Positions 9,276-17,783 are shown, numbered from the stretch's first letter. The stretch: 64,000 bases of DNA from Desulfosoma sp. (GCA_037481835.1 JBBFKW010000004.1:110569-174568), one strand, 5' to 3'. Notes: a model not told the origin generated them from the sequence alone. Numbers and translations: made by a program.

Positions 9276-10862
9276 TCAGGCACCGAGGATGGGCCGGATG
9301 GGGACTTTGCCGGCCAGGAAGGCCTTGACGGCGCTGATGGGCACTTCCCTTCGGTGGAAGATGCCTGCGGCCAGGGCCGATTCCGCCCGCGTTCGCGTGA
9401 AGACTTCCAGGAAGTGTTCCGCGCAGCCGGCGCCGCTGGAAGCGATCACCGGAATGCTCACGGCGTCTTTGACGGCGTTGATGAGTTCCAGGTCGAATCC
9501 GGCGTTGGTGCCGTCCCGGTCGATGCAATTGAGAAGAATTTCCCCCGCGCCCAGCTCCTGGCACACCAGCGCCAGGGTCACGGCGTCCACGGGCCGGCCT
9601 TCCCGGCCTCCTTTGACGGTGCACTGGTACCAGCACCAGCGTTCGCCGTTCGGCCCGGGATAGGCGGTTTCCAGGACCCGGTGCGGCACGGCCTGGGGAC
9701 TCGGCACGTAGACCCTTCGCGGGTCGATGGAAATGACCACGGCCTGGCTGCCGTAAACCCGGGAAATCGTCTCGACGGCGCTGTGCCCGCTCTTCTTTCC
9801 CGTGCGGAGCACCTCTTCCACGATGCGCACGGCGTCGCTTCCGATGGAAATCTTGTCAGCCCCGGAACGGAAATATTCTGAAGCCACTTCCAGGGCGGTG
9901 TAAGCCGTCCCGTCTTGGTCCACGTAGTCCCGGATGCCGCCGCCGATGGTCAGGGGAACGAAGACGTTTTCCGACGTCCGGCGAAGCACTTCCAGCATGG
10001 GCAAGTCTTTCAAGGGAAAATCGCGAAAGCCCGTGATGTTGAGAAAGGTGATTTCATCGGCCCCTTCTTCGTAGTAGCGCCGGGCGAGCTCCACGGGCTT
10101 TCCCAGATTGCGCACCGTCCCCCTTTCCCGAACGTCGTAGCGGTCGCCCTTGGTCACCACAAGGTCGCCCTGATCGTTGGTGCGCACATCCAGGCAGGCG
10201 ATGATGCGCTTGGCCAGTTCCGTCTTGGAAGGCGTTCGAGGCGGCCGAACGGGCGGGGCATCCATGCCTTCGAGAAAATTCTTCAGGATCGCCAGCCCCG
10301 TGGGGCCGCTTTTTTCGGGGTGGAACTGGACCGCCGCCACCCGCCCCTTCTGGACGGCGCTCACGAATTCCAGACCGTAGTCCGTGGTCGTGAGCACCAC
10401 CGACGGATCTTCCGGGACCACGTGGAAGGAATGGACGAAGTAGACCTTTTCGTCGCCTTCCAGGCCTCCAAAGAGCGCCGACGGTTTCTGCGGCTTGATG
10501 CCGTTCCAGCCGATGTGCGGCACGGCCAGATCCACCCGAAACCGGCGGACCGTCCCTTCGAGGAACCCGATCCCGTCTTCGCCGGGAGCCTCCTCGCTTC
10601 CCTGGAAAAGGGCCTGCAGCCCCAGGCAGATACCCAGGAAAGGCCGGTCCGCCTCCAGATAGCGGCGAAGGGGTTCCACGAAGCCTCGACGGCGAAGGAC
10701 GCGCATCATTTCTCCGAACGCCCCCACGCCGGGGAAAATGAGCCTTTCCGCCGAAAGGATATCTTCCGGGCGGGTGACGAACCGCACCGTATAGCCGAGG
10801 CGCTGCACGGCATTGACGACGCTCCGCACGTTTCCGGCTCCGTAGTCGAGCACAGTCACCAT
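9276..10862 (-). CDS. hisHF: Fused imidazole glycerol phosphate synthase (glutaminase HisH plus cyclase HisF, HIS7-like)
   Basis: N-terminal DYGAGN, GICLG, QFHPE; C-terminal AKRIIACLDV, GADEITFL, GGGIRD, DRDGT and ASSGAG in one 528-aa ORF. Confidence 0.93.
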   Translation of the reverse strand: MVTVLDYGAGNVRSVVNAVQRLGYTVRFVTRPEDILSAERLIFPGVGAFGEMMRVLRRRGFVEPLRRYLEADRPFLGICLGLQALFQGSEEAPGEDGIGFLEGTVRRFRVDLAVPHIGWNGIKPQKPSALFGGLEGDEKVYFVHSFHVVPEDPSVVLTTTDYGLEFVSAVQKGRVAAVQFHPEKSGPTGLAILKNFLEGMDAPPVRPPRTPSKTELAKRIIACLDVRTNDQGDLVVTKGDRYDVRERGTVRNLGKPVELARRYYEEGADEITFLNITGFRDFPLKDLPMLEVLRRTSENVFVPLTIGGGIRDYVDQDGTAYTALEVASEYFRSGADKISIGSDAVRIVEEVLRTGKKSGHSAVETISRVYGSQAVVISIDPRRVYVPSPQAVPHRVLETAYPGPNGERWCWYQCTVKGGREGRPVDAVTLALVCQELGAGEILLNCIDRDGTNAGFDLELINAVKDAVSIPVIASSGAGCAEHFLEVFTRTRAESALAAGIFHRREVPISAVKAFLAGKVPIRPILGA

Positions 10863-10878
10863 GAAGGGAAAGCCTCCT

Positions 10879-12426
10879 TTAGGGGTGGATCATCGGCATG
10901 AGCGCTTGAGGCCGGTCCGTGATGACGGCCGAAACGCCCCATGCCTTGAGCTGCTTCAGCCTTTCGGGATCATTGACCGTCCAGGCGATCAGGGGAATGC
11001 CCGCCGCCTGGCATCGGCGGACGAGGGCTTCGGATATTTTTCCGTCCGCGGGGTGCAGGGTATCGGCGTTCACGGCGCGGATCAAGGCCTCCGGATCGTC
11101 GATGGTTTCCTGCGTCAAGACGCCCGTGAGGATCCGCGGGTCCAGGCTCTTGAGTCGGCGAAGGACGTCGTGGTGAAAGGACGAGACGAGAACCCATGCG
11201 TGCATCTCGAGATCGGAGATGAGCCTTGCGGTTTCTCGGACGAGGCGGTCGTGGTGGTCGGGGTGCCCCTTGATCTCCACATTGACCGGCCAGTTCAGAG
11301 CCCGGGTGAATAATAGGGCCTCGCGCAGGGTGGGGATGCGGGCGGGGGGAGGGGGGGCGTTTTCACCCCTCACCCCGGCCCTCTCCCCTAAAGGGGAGAG
11401 GGGGGACGGGACGGATCTCTCCCCTAAAGGGGAGAGGGAGGACCGGATGGATGTCTCCCGGAAAGGGGAGAGGGAGGACGGGGGGCTTGTCTCCCCTGCA
11501 AGGGACAGGGAGCATTGGGGAAGTGTCTCCCTTAACAGGGACAAGGGGTAGTGGCACTGTGTCGTCCTTGCATGGGAAAGGGAGCGCCGGGGATGGGCAT
11601 CCCTCGGAGGGGCGGTAAATGCCAGGGCCTCGCGCAGGGTGGGGATGCGGGCGGGGGAAGGGGGGGCGTTTTCACCCCTCACCCCGGCCCTCTCCCCTGA
11701 AGGGGAGAGGGGGTCCTGGATGGATCTCTCCCCGAAAGGGGAGAGGGGGTCCTGGATGGTTCTCTCGCCTAATGGTGAGAGGGGGGACGGGATGGATGTC
11801 TCACCTAAAGGGGAGAGGGAGGACGGGGGGCTTGTCTCCCCTAAGGGGGAGAGGAAGAATTGGCGGAGTGTCTCGCCCAAAGGAGAGAGGGAACACTGGG
11901 GCAATGTGTCCCCTAAAGGCGAGAGGAAGAATTGGCGGAGTATCTCGCCTAAAAGGGTAAGGGAGAAGTGGGGGAGTGTCTCCCCTAAGGGGGGCAGGGA
12001 GCGCTGGGGGAGTTTCTCCCGTAAGGGAAAGAGGGAGGAGTGGCGGAGTGTCTCCCTTAGAGGGGAGGGGGCGCAGTGGGGCTGTGTCGGCCTTGCCTGG
12101 GAAAGGGAGCGCCGGGGATGGGCATCCCTCGGGGAGGCGAGGGGGCGGAGCGGCCGGATTTCTTCCCACAGGAAATCCCGAACGCGCCACGGCTTCCGAT
12201 CCGGATAGAGCTCGGCGGCGTCGGTCGTTCTTTCCAAGGTGTCGTCGTGGATCACCACGGGGATGTCGTCCTTGGAAAGCTGCACGTCCAGTTCCCAGAA
12301 ATGGGCCCCGGTCAAGTACCCCAGGGCGGCCGTTTCCAGAGTGTTTTCAGGGCCCAGGTCCCGGCCCCCCCTGTGCGCCCCCACCCAGAAAACCCCTCCG
12401 GCTCTAAGATCCGCCCATCGCTTCAT
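10879..12426 (-). CDS. Glycerophosphodiester phosphodiesterase with a large in-frame repeat insertion
   Basis: GAHRG, PENTL, ELDV, VIHDDTLERTT, RIPTLREAL, VEIK, SSF, WTVND and ITDRP motifs; ATG overlaps the upstream stop (ATGA). Confidence 0.88.
   Translation of the reverse strand: MKRWADLRAGGVFWVGAHRGGRDLGPENTLETAALGYLTGAHFWELDVQLSKDDIPVVIHDDTLERTTDAAELYPDRKPWRVRDFLWEEIRPLRPLASPRDAHPRRSLSQARPTQPHCAPSPLRETLRHSSLFPLREKLPQRSLPPLGETLPHFSLTLLGEILRQFFLSPLGDTLPQCSLSPLGETLRQFFLSPLGETSPPSSLSPLGETSIPSPLSPLGERTIQDPLSPFGERSIQDPLSPSGERAGVRGENAPPSPARIPTLREALAFTAPPRDAHPRRSLSHARTTQCHYPLSLLRETLPQCSLSLAGETSPPSSLSPFRETSIRSSLSPLGERSVPSPLSPLGERAGVRGENAPPPPARIPTLREALLFTRALNWPVNVEIKGHPDHHDRLVRETARLISDLEMHAWVLVSSFHHDVLRRLKSLDPRILTGVLTQETIDDPEALIRAVNADTLHPADGKISEALVRRCQAAGIPLIAWTVNDPERLKQLKAWGVSAVITDRPQALMPMIHP
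11315..12140. repeat. Two arrays (7 and 13 units) of a 36-bp palindromic unit, each ending in a BoxC-like element, inside the GDPD gene
   Basis: Unit core CTCTCCCC-TAAA-GGGGAGAG (11381, 11417 and onward); full element CCCCTCACCCCGGCCCTCTCCCCT(A/G)AAGGGGAGAGGG near 11366 and 11675; near-identical flanks at 11315/11624 and 11574-11607/12099-12132. Confidence 0.9.
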
Positions 12427-13424
12427 GGGCCTCCTCTGTCCGGGTGCGGCTCCCGGAGCCGTTCCAGCAGGGCGCACACGCTGCAGCGGGTCCCGTAACA
12501 GGGTTCGCCGCACCGGTCGCACGTGCCGAAATCATCCACAACTTTCGGGGCCGACCTCGCATCCAGGTAGGCGAAAAGAAAGTCCCTCTTGGTTCCCGGC
12601 ATTTTGCCTTCCAGCATGTCCAGGGCTTCTTTGAACATGTGGCTTGTGGCGCCGCGGGACAGAGGGCAGGCTCCTTCCACGTAAGCAATCCCTTCCACCC
12701 GGCAGTAGGTGCGGATTTCGTCGGCCGAAACGCGATAGAGCGGCTTGATTTTTTCCGGGAGCTTCGGATGGACGGACGGCAGATAGGGAGATTGCTTTTC
12801 GATGTATTCCCGTCGGTTTCGCACGAGGTTTCCCAGAAGCCTTCCGGCTTCGTCGTCCAGGTTGTGGCCCGTGGCGATCACGCGCAGCCCCTCGCGGATG
12901 GTGAGGCGGTTCAGGAGGCGGCGCTTGATCATGCCGCACACGGAACAGATGGGACGCCGGATGCGCCGCCGAATCTCGGGGATGGAGAAGCCCAGCAGGT
13001 CCCGGAGGGAATAGCTCACCCACGGGAGGTTCCGTGCCTCGGCAAAGGCGGCGATGGCGTCCTGCGACGCATCGGAAAAGGCCGGGATGCCGAGATTCAG
13101 GTGGACACCCCGGGTGCGGTAGCCCAAATCCTGCAAAACGGCCCAGGCGGCCAGGGAATCCTTGCCGCCCGAGACGGCCACGAGGATGGGCTCATCGGCC
13201 CTGATGGGAAAATGTTTCATGGCCCGAAGAACCGCCCGGCGAAAGAAAAGAACAAAGCATTCTTCACAGAAATTGGCATGATGGCTGGGCAGGGCGATGA
13301 CGGCCCGCTTTCGGCATCGCGTGCACTTGGCCGTTTCGGGAAGAAGCCTATGTTCGTGGGGCAGCGTCCTGGGTCCTCGAAAAACGTTCCCCGGAGCCGT
13401 CCCTTCGGGTCGGTTGGCGTCCAT
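12423..13424 (-). CDS. ttuA: tRNA 2-thiolation protein, TtuA/Ncs6-type PP-loop ATPase
   Basis: N-terminal CxxC...CxxC finger, SGGKDS, CSVC, TGHNLDDE, CP and C-terminal CxxC...CxxC finger. Confidence 0.75.
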   Translation of the reverse strand: MDANRPEGTAPGNVFRGPRTLPHEHRLLPETAKCTRCRKRAVIALPSHHANFCEECFVLFFRRAVLRAMKHFPIRADEPILVAVSGGKDSLAAWAVLQDLGYRTRGVHLNLGIPAFSDASQDAIAAFAEARNLPWVSYSLRDLLGFSIPEIRRRIRRPICSVCGMIKRRLLNRLTIREGLRVIATGHNLDDEAGRLLGNLVRNRREYIEKQSPYLPSVHPKLPEKIKPLYRVSADEIRTYCRVEGIAYVEGACPLSRGATSHMFKEALDMLEGKMPGTKRDFLFAYLDARSAPKVVDDFGTCDRCGEPCYGTRCSVCALLERLREPHPDRGGP

Positions 13425-13434
13425 GGGCGGTTCT

Positions 13435-14349
13435 CTATTCAAAGGGTTCCGTTTCGATGACAAACGGTGCGGCATCGGTGGAAATATCGCAGGGTTCTTC
13501 CAGGACGCGGCGCATGTACCCCGGCAGGGTGCGGAACCGTTCCAGGAGCTGCGGCGTGTAGGCAAGGAGCCCCTCGATGCCGCGCTCGGCCCCCCGTCGG
13601 GCCAATTCCTTTTCGTCCACTTCCAGGACGTCGTCCATGGAACAAACGGAGAAGGCGAAATCCAGCATGTAGCCCACGATGTAAGCCGCATATTGGCGCC
13701 GATGGGGGAAAACGGCGTCCAGGGTCTTGGTGATGACGTTGTAGGCTTGGGGGAAAAAAAACGGCGAGTCGTTGTGCAGCCCAAGGATCCCTCCGCGGCG
13801 CAACCGGCGGGCGCACAGGGCGTAAAATTCCTTGGTGTAGACGTACTTGGACGGTTCCATGGGGTCGGTGAGGTCCAAGAGAATCACGTCGAAGGATTCG
13901 TCGGTTTCTTCCACGAATCGGCGGCCGTCGCCGATGACGAGCCGGACCCGGGGATCTTCGAACGCCGCCCCGCAGATGCTCCGAAGATGCGCCTTGGCGA
14001 TGTCCACCACTTCCGCGTCCAGTTCCACCATGGTGACGGCGCAAACGGACGGATGTTTCAGAACCTCTTCCAACGTGCCGCCGTCGCCGCCGCCGATGAT
14101 GAGAACGTTCTGCGGTTCGGGGTGCAGCATCATGGCCGGATGCACCAGGGATTCGTGGTAGAAGAATTCATCCTTTTCGGACGTCTGGAACCGGCGGTCC
14201 AGAAACAAGGTCACGCCGAAGTCGGCAATGTCCACGACTTCCACGAGCTGGTAGGGCGTCTTGCGGGTGTGGATCACGCGTTGGACGCGAAACCGGCGGC
14301 CCATGGTGGCGCTGAAGGGTTCGTAGAGCATGGCATCACGTTCGGTCAT
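13435..14349 (-). CDS. speE: Polyamine aminopropyltransferase (spermidine synthase family)
   Basis: DEFFYHESLVHP, LIIGGGDGG, VELD, DGRRF and DVILLDLTDP motifs. Confidence 0.9.
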   Translation of the reverse strand: MTERDAMLYEPFSATMGRRFRVQRVIHTRKTPYQLVEVVDIADFGVTLFLDRRFQTSEKDEFFYHESLVHPAMMLHPEPQNVLIIGGGDGGTLEEVLKHPSVCAVTMVELDAEVVDIAKAHLRSICGAAFEDPRVRLVIGDGRRFVEETDESFDVILLDLTDPMEPSKYVYTKEFYALCARRLRRGGILGLHNDSPFFFPQAYNVITKTLDAVFPHRRQYAAYIVGYMLDFAFSVCSMDDVLEVDEKELARRGAERGIEGLLAYTPQLLERFRTLPGYMRRVLEEPCDISTDAAPFVIETEPFE

Positions 14350-14469
14350 CGAAGGGGCCTCCTCGGTTGAAATTTTTCGAGCGGTTCACTATAGAGGAAT
14401 CGCTTGGAAATCTCAAACCGGATCGCGGGCACGCCCTTTTTGGCGCAAAGATCCTACGGAGTGGTTCCC

Positions 14470-15348
14470 ATGGATGGGATGCATTACGAAGGGATCATCA
14501 TCCGCCCGCCCAGTGAGGCGGACAGCATCCTTTTGCAGGTCACGGTGGGCTGTTCCCACAACAAGTGCACCTTTTGCGGCACCTACAAAGGGGTGCGGTT
14601 TCGGATCAAGGACCAGGACGTTATCGACCGAGACATCGCCTACGCCGCCCGGAACTTCCCGTTTTTTAGGCGGGTGTTCCTCACGGACGGCGACGCCTTG
14701 ATCCTCCCCCAGGCCCGTCTTGTGGAAATCCTGGATAAGATCCGCCGATCCATGCCGTGGATTCAGCGCGTGGGGCTGTACGGCAACGCCAAGAGCATCC
14801 TCCGGAAAACGCCCGAGGACCTGGAAGCGCTCAAGGACCTGGGCCTGGGCATTGTCTATCTCGGCGTGGAAAGCGGCGATCCCGAAACATTGAAAGCCAT
14901 CCGGAAAGGGGTTTCGAGAGAAAGACTGTTGGAAGCGGGCCGAAGGGTTCGAGACGCGGGGTTGAAGCTTTCCGTGACCGTCCTTCTGGGGATCGCCGGG
15001 CGAGACCGGTCCCTGGACCATGCGCACGCCACGGGATCGCTCCTCACGGCCATGGATCCCCATTACGTCGGCACCCTCACCCTCATGGTCCTTCCCAACA
15101 CCGAACTGGGAGAAAAGGTCCGCCGAGGCCAATTCCCCATCCTCACCCCCAGGGAGCTCCTTCGGGAACTGCGCCACATGCTCGCCCACACGCACATGAC
15201 CCGCGGGCTTTTTCTGTCCAACCACGCCTCCAACTATTTGCCCCTCAAGGTGAAGATGCCCGCGGACAAGGAAAAGGCCCTGGCCGTGATCGATGCGGCC
15301 CTGAACGACCAGGTGCCGCTCAAGCCCGAGTGGATGCGGGCGCTTTAG
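14470..15348 (+). CDS. Radical SAM protein of unknown function
   Basis: RPPSEA, GCSHNKCTFC cluster motif, YLGVESG and SNHASNY. Confidence 0.85.
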   Translation: MDGMHYEGIIIRPPSEADSILLQVTVGCSHNKCTFCGTYKGVRFRIKDQDVIDRDIAYAARNFPFFRRVFLTDGDALILPQARLVEILDKIRRSMPWIQRVGLYGNAKSILRKTPEDLEALKDLGLGIVYLGVESGDPETLKAIRKGVSRERLLEAGRRVRDAGLKLSVTVLLGIAGRDRSLDHAHATGSLLTAMDPHYVGTLTLMVLPNTELGEKVRRGQFPILTPRELLRELRHMLAHTHMTRGLFLSNHASNYLPLKVKMPADKEKALAVIDAALNDQVPLKPEWMRAL

Positions 15349-15392
15349 GACCGGGCCCGAGAATGCTTTATGCCGCTCTTCCCACGGGCTCC

Positions 15393-15485
15393 CGTCATCC
15401 CAGGGAAAGCGGGAGTCTCTAACGGGCTGTCAATCTGATATTCCCGCTCCCCTTTCAGGCCGGGGACGAGTTTCGCGGGGATGCC
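15393..15485. repeat. Inverted pair of CGTC-type REP-like palindromes
   Basis: CGTCATCCCAGGGAAAGCGGGAGTC (+, 15393-15417) and GGCATCCCCGCGAAACTCGTCCCCGGCCTGAAAGGGGAGCGGGAATATC (-, 15437-15485), both resembling CGTCATTCCCGCGAAAGCGGGAATCC. Confidence 0.55.
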
Positions 15486-15507
15486 CCATGGCCATGGAGC
15501 ACTTTTT

Positions 15508-15538
15508 GTTGGGGTTCGCTGCGCTCACCCCAACCTAC
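15508..15538 (-). repeat. GTAG-type REP element, copy 3
   Basis: Exact reverse complement of copy 2; lies between convergent genes. Confidence 0.85.
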
Positions 15539-15684
15539 ATCCGGACCCGGCGAGACAATGAGCCATGAAAGTCCGGACTTTTCACACTTTGAGCGCACCT
15601 TTGATCCAAACGTGGAAAATGACCTGTTCTCGGACACACGCCCGGTCCCGCGCCTCCCACAGGCGGAGGGCGCTCCGGCGGGGG

Positions 15685-16530
15685 TCAGGTCTGGCCCCAC
15701 TTGAGCTTGGTGCGAAGGATTTCGAAATAGTCGGTGCTCGTGGGCTTGATGAGCTTGAGGGTGTGGGGGGACATGGCGATGGAAATCCTGTCGTTGGGAG
15801 CCAGCCGATGGCCGACCTGGCCGTCGCAGGTCAGGGTGACGTCCTGAGCCTTGTCGTCCAGGTCGACGCGAATCACGGCGGTGGCCGGAAGGATGATGGG
15901 CCGGTTGGTCAGGGTGAAGGGGCAGATGGGGGTGAGGATCACGGCCAAGGCCGTGGGATAGACGATGGGCCCGCCGGCCGAGAGGTTGTAGGCCGTGGAT
16001 CCCGTAGGGGTGGCCACAATGAGGCCGTCGGCACGGTAGTGGGTGAGGTAACACCCGTCGATGTGGGTGTAGAGGTCCACGATGCGGGCGAGGGCCCCCT
16101 TGTTGATGACCACGTCGTTTAAGACCGTCTGGGAAAAGACCTCGCGACCCGCCCTTTCGATGACCACGCGAAGCCGCATGCGCTCTTCGATTTCGTAGGC
16201 ACCGGCCAGCACCTCTTCCAGGTCTTCGAAGCAGCGCTCCCGGCTGATTTCCGTAAGAAACCCCAAGCCCCCAAGGTTCACGCCCACGATGGGGATCTGG
16301 CGGTCTTCCAGCTGGCGGGCCACGCTGAGCAAGGTGCCGTCCCCGCCGAGAACGACGACCGCATCGGCATTCATGGCTGGAGGCGGCGGGGGACAGAAGG
16401 TGCCCGTGTCGTCCATGTTTTCGCGGGCCGAGGCGTCAAAGCCCTTGGATGTGAGCCAGCTCGTGAGCCTTTCGGCCAGCTGCGCCGCTTCGCTTCGCCC
16501 TCTTTTGTAAATGATGAGAATCCGCTGCAT
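15685..16530 (-). CDS. nadK: NAD(+) kinase
   Basis: LGGDGTLL, NLGGLGFL, LNDVV and DGLIVATPTGSTAYNLSAGGP motifs. Confidence 0.95.
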   Translation of the reverse strand: MQRILIIYKRGRSEAAQLAERLTSWLTSKGFDASARENMDDTGTFCPPPPPAMNADAVVVLGGDGTLLSVARQLEDRQIPIVGVNLGGLGFLTEISRERCFEDLEEVLAGAYEIEERMRLRVVIERAGREVFSQTVLNDVVINKGALARIVDLYTHIDGCYLTHYRADGLIVATPTGSTAYNLSAGGPIVYPTALAVILTPICPFTLTNRPIILPATAVIRVDLDDKAQDVTLTCDGQVGHRLAPNDRISIAMSPHTLKLIKPTSTDYFEILRTKLKWGQT

Positions 16531-16665
16531 GAAATTCGAGCCTCGCTCCGTCCCCTACCAGGAGTCTTTTCCAATGAATAATGCGGAAAATCCATTGCCA
16601 AAGGCCTCGAGACAACGTATTGTAAATTTCCCGTCGGTGCAAATGCTTCTTGGGATAAACAACGC

Positions 16666-17634
16666 ATGAAAGCCTCTCTACGCGATCAAAGCTTCGGCCC
16701 GCAGCGCATCCTCGTGGTGGATGACGAGCGCAGTGTGCGGGAACTGGTGGCGGAAAGTTTGAGCTACATCGGCCACCAGGTCACCACTGCCGCCGACGGA
16801 AAGGACGCCGCGGAGAAGCTCAAAAACGGCGACTTCGACATCGTCGTCACCGACATGGACATGCCCCGCATGGACGGCATGGAACTCATCCAGCACATCC
16901 GGCAGCACCACCCCGACACGGACACCATCGCCATCACGGGCCACGCCACCAAGTACAAATACGTGGACGTCATCAACGCCGGTGCGGCGGATTTCATCAC
17001 CAAGCCGTTCGGACTGGACAAGCTTGAGGCCAAGATCCGCCGCCTGCTCCGGGAGCGGTATCTTCGCCGGGAGCTGGAGCAATTGGCCATTCGGGACCCC
17101 TTGACCGGCCTTTACAACCGGCGCCATTTCCGGAGCGTCCTCACTCAGGAAGCCGTCCGGTCCGTGCGTTACGGGCACCCGCTGTTTCTCCTGTTCATCG
17201 ACATCGACCAGTTCAAACAGTACAACGACCAGGAAGGACACCAGGCGGGCGACTCCTTGCTGATCGAATTGGGATCCATCCTGCAACAGTCCATCCGGGA
17301 ACATGTGGACACGGCCTTTCGCTACGGCGGCGACGAGTTTACCATCGTCTTGCCCCATCTCAACGCCGATCAGGTCCGCATGGTCGTCGAGCGCATCCAG
17401 AGGCGCTACGCCACCCTGGACGCGGCCCCCACAAGCCTGTCCATCGGCGCCGCTCAATTTCAGTATCGGGACGGCGATATGGAAAAAAGCATCGACGACC
17501 TCATCCAAAGGGCCGACAAGGCCCAGTACCGCGCCAAGAAAGAGCTGGGAGGAAACCGGCTCTGCCTGGACGGGGATTCCCAAAGCCCCGAGCCCGTGGT
17601 TGCCATGAAAGAGCCCTCTCAATCCGTGGGTTAA
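16666..17634 (+). CDS. Response regulator diguanylate cyclase (REC-GGDEF)
   Basis: VVDDE, TDMDMP and KPF receiver; DPLTGLYNRR, DIDQFK, GHQAGD and RYGGDEF. Confidence 0.93.
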   Translation: MKASLRDQSFGPQRILVVDDERSVRELVAESLSYIGHQVTTAADGKDAAEKLKNGDFDIVVTDMDMPRMDGMELIQHIRQHHPDTDTIAITGHATKYKYVDVINAGAADFITKPFGLDKLEAKIRRLLRERYLRRELEQLAIRDPLTGLYNRRHFRSVLTQEAVRSVRYGHPLFLLFIDIDQFKQYNDQEGHQAGDSLLIELGSILQQSIREHVDTAFRYGGDEFTIVLPHLNADQVRMVVERIQRRYATLDAAPTSLSIGAAQFQYRDGDMEKSIDDLIQRADKAQYRAKKELGGNRLCLDGDSQSPEPVVAMKEPSQSVG

Positions 17635-17713
17635 GCGATTTCCTTCGAAACCCGCCCCTTCCCGGCTCCACCCGGTCACGCGGCGTCGTTTGCATAAGCC
17701 GCACAATTTTTTC

Positions 17714-17782
17714 TTGACATCGGGGATCCCGACCCTTATACAAAGCGCGCTTTTTTAAACTTTTCGTTTAATATAGGTAAAC
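17714..17782 (+). promoter_or_regulatory. Sigma70-like promoter plus palindromic operator upstream of the XRE-cupin/speD/speB operon
   Basis: TTGACA-17 bp-TATACA (17714-17742); TAAAC-N5-GTTTA and GTTTA-N7-TAAAC overlapping palindromes at 17756-17782. Confidence 0.55.
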
Positions 17783-17783
17783 C

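Noticed and set aside
11315..12140. CRISPR array interpretation of the 36-bp repeats
   Set aside because: The total period is only 36 bp, the linkers are related to one another, the array is in frame inside a gene, and no cas genes or AT-rich leader are present.
11639..12208. Plus-strand ORF with SPKGER repeats
   Set aside because: Expected mirror reading of palindromic units; antisense to the GDPD, with no independent support.
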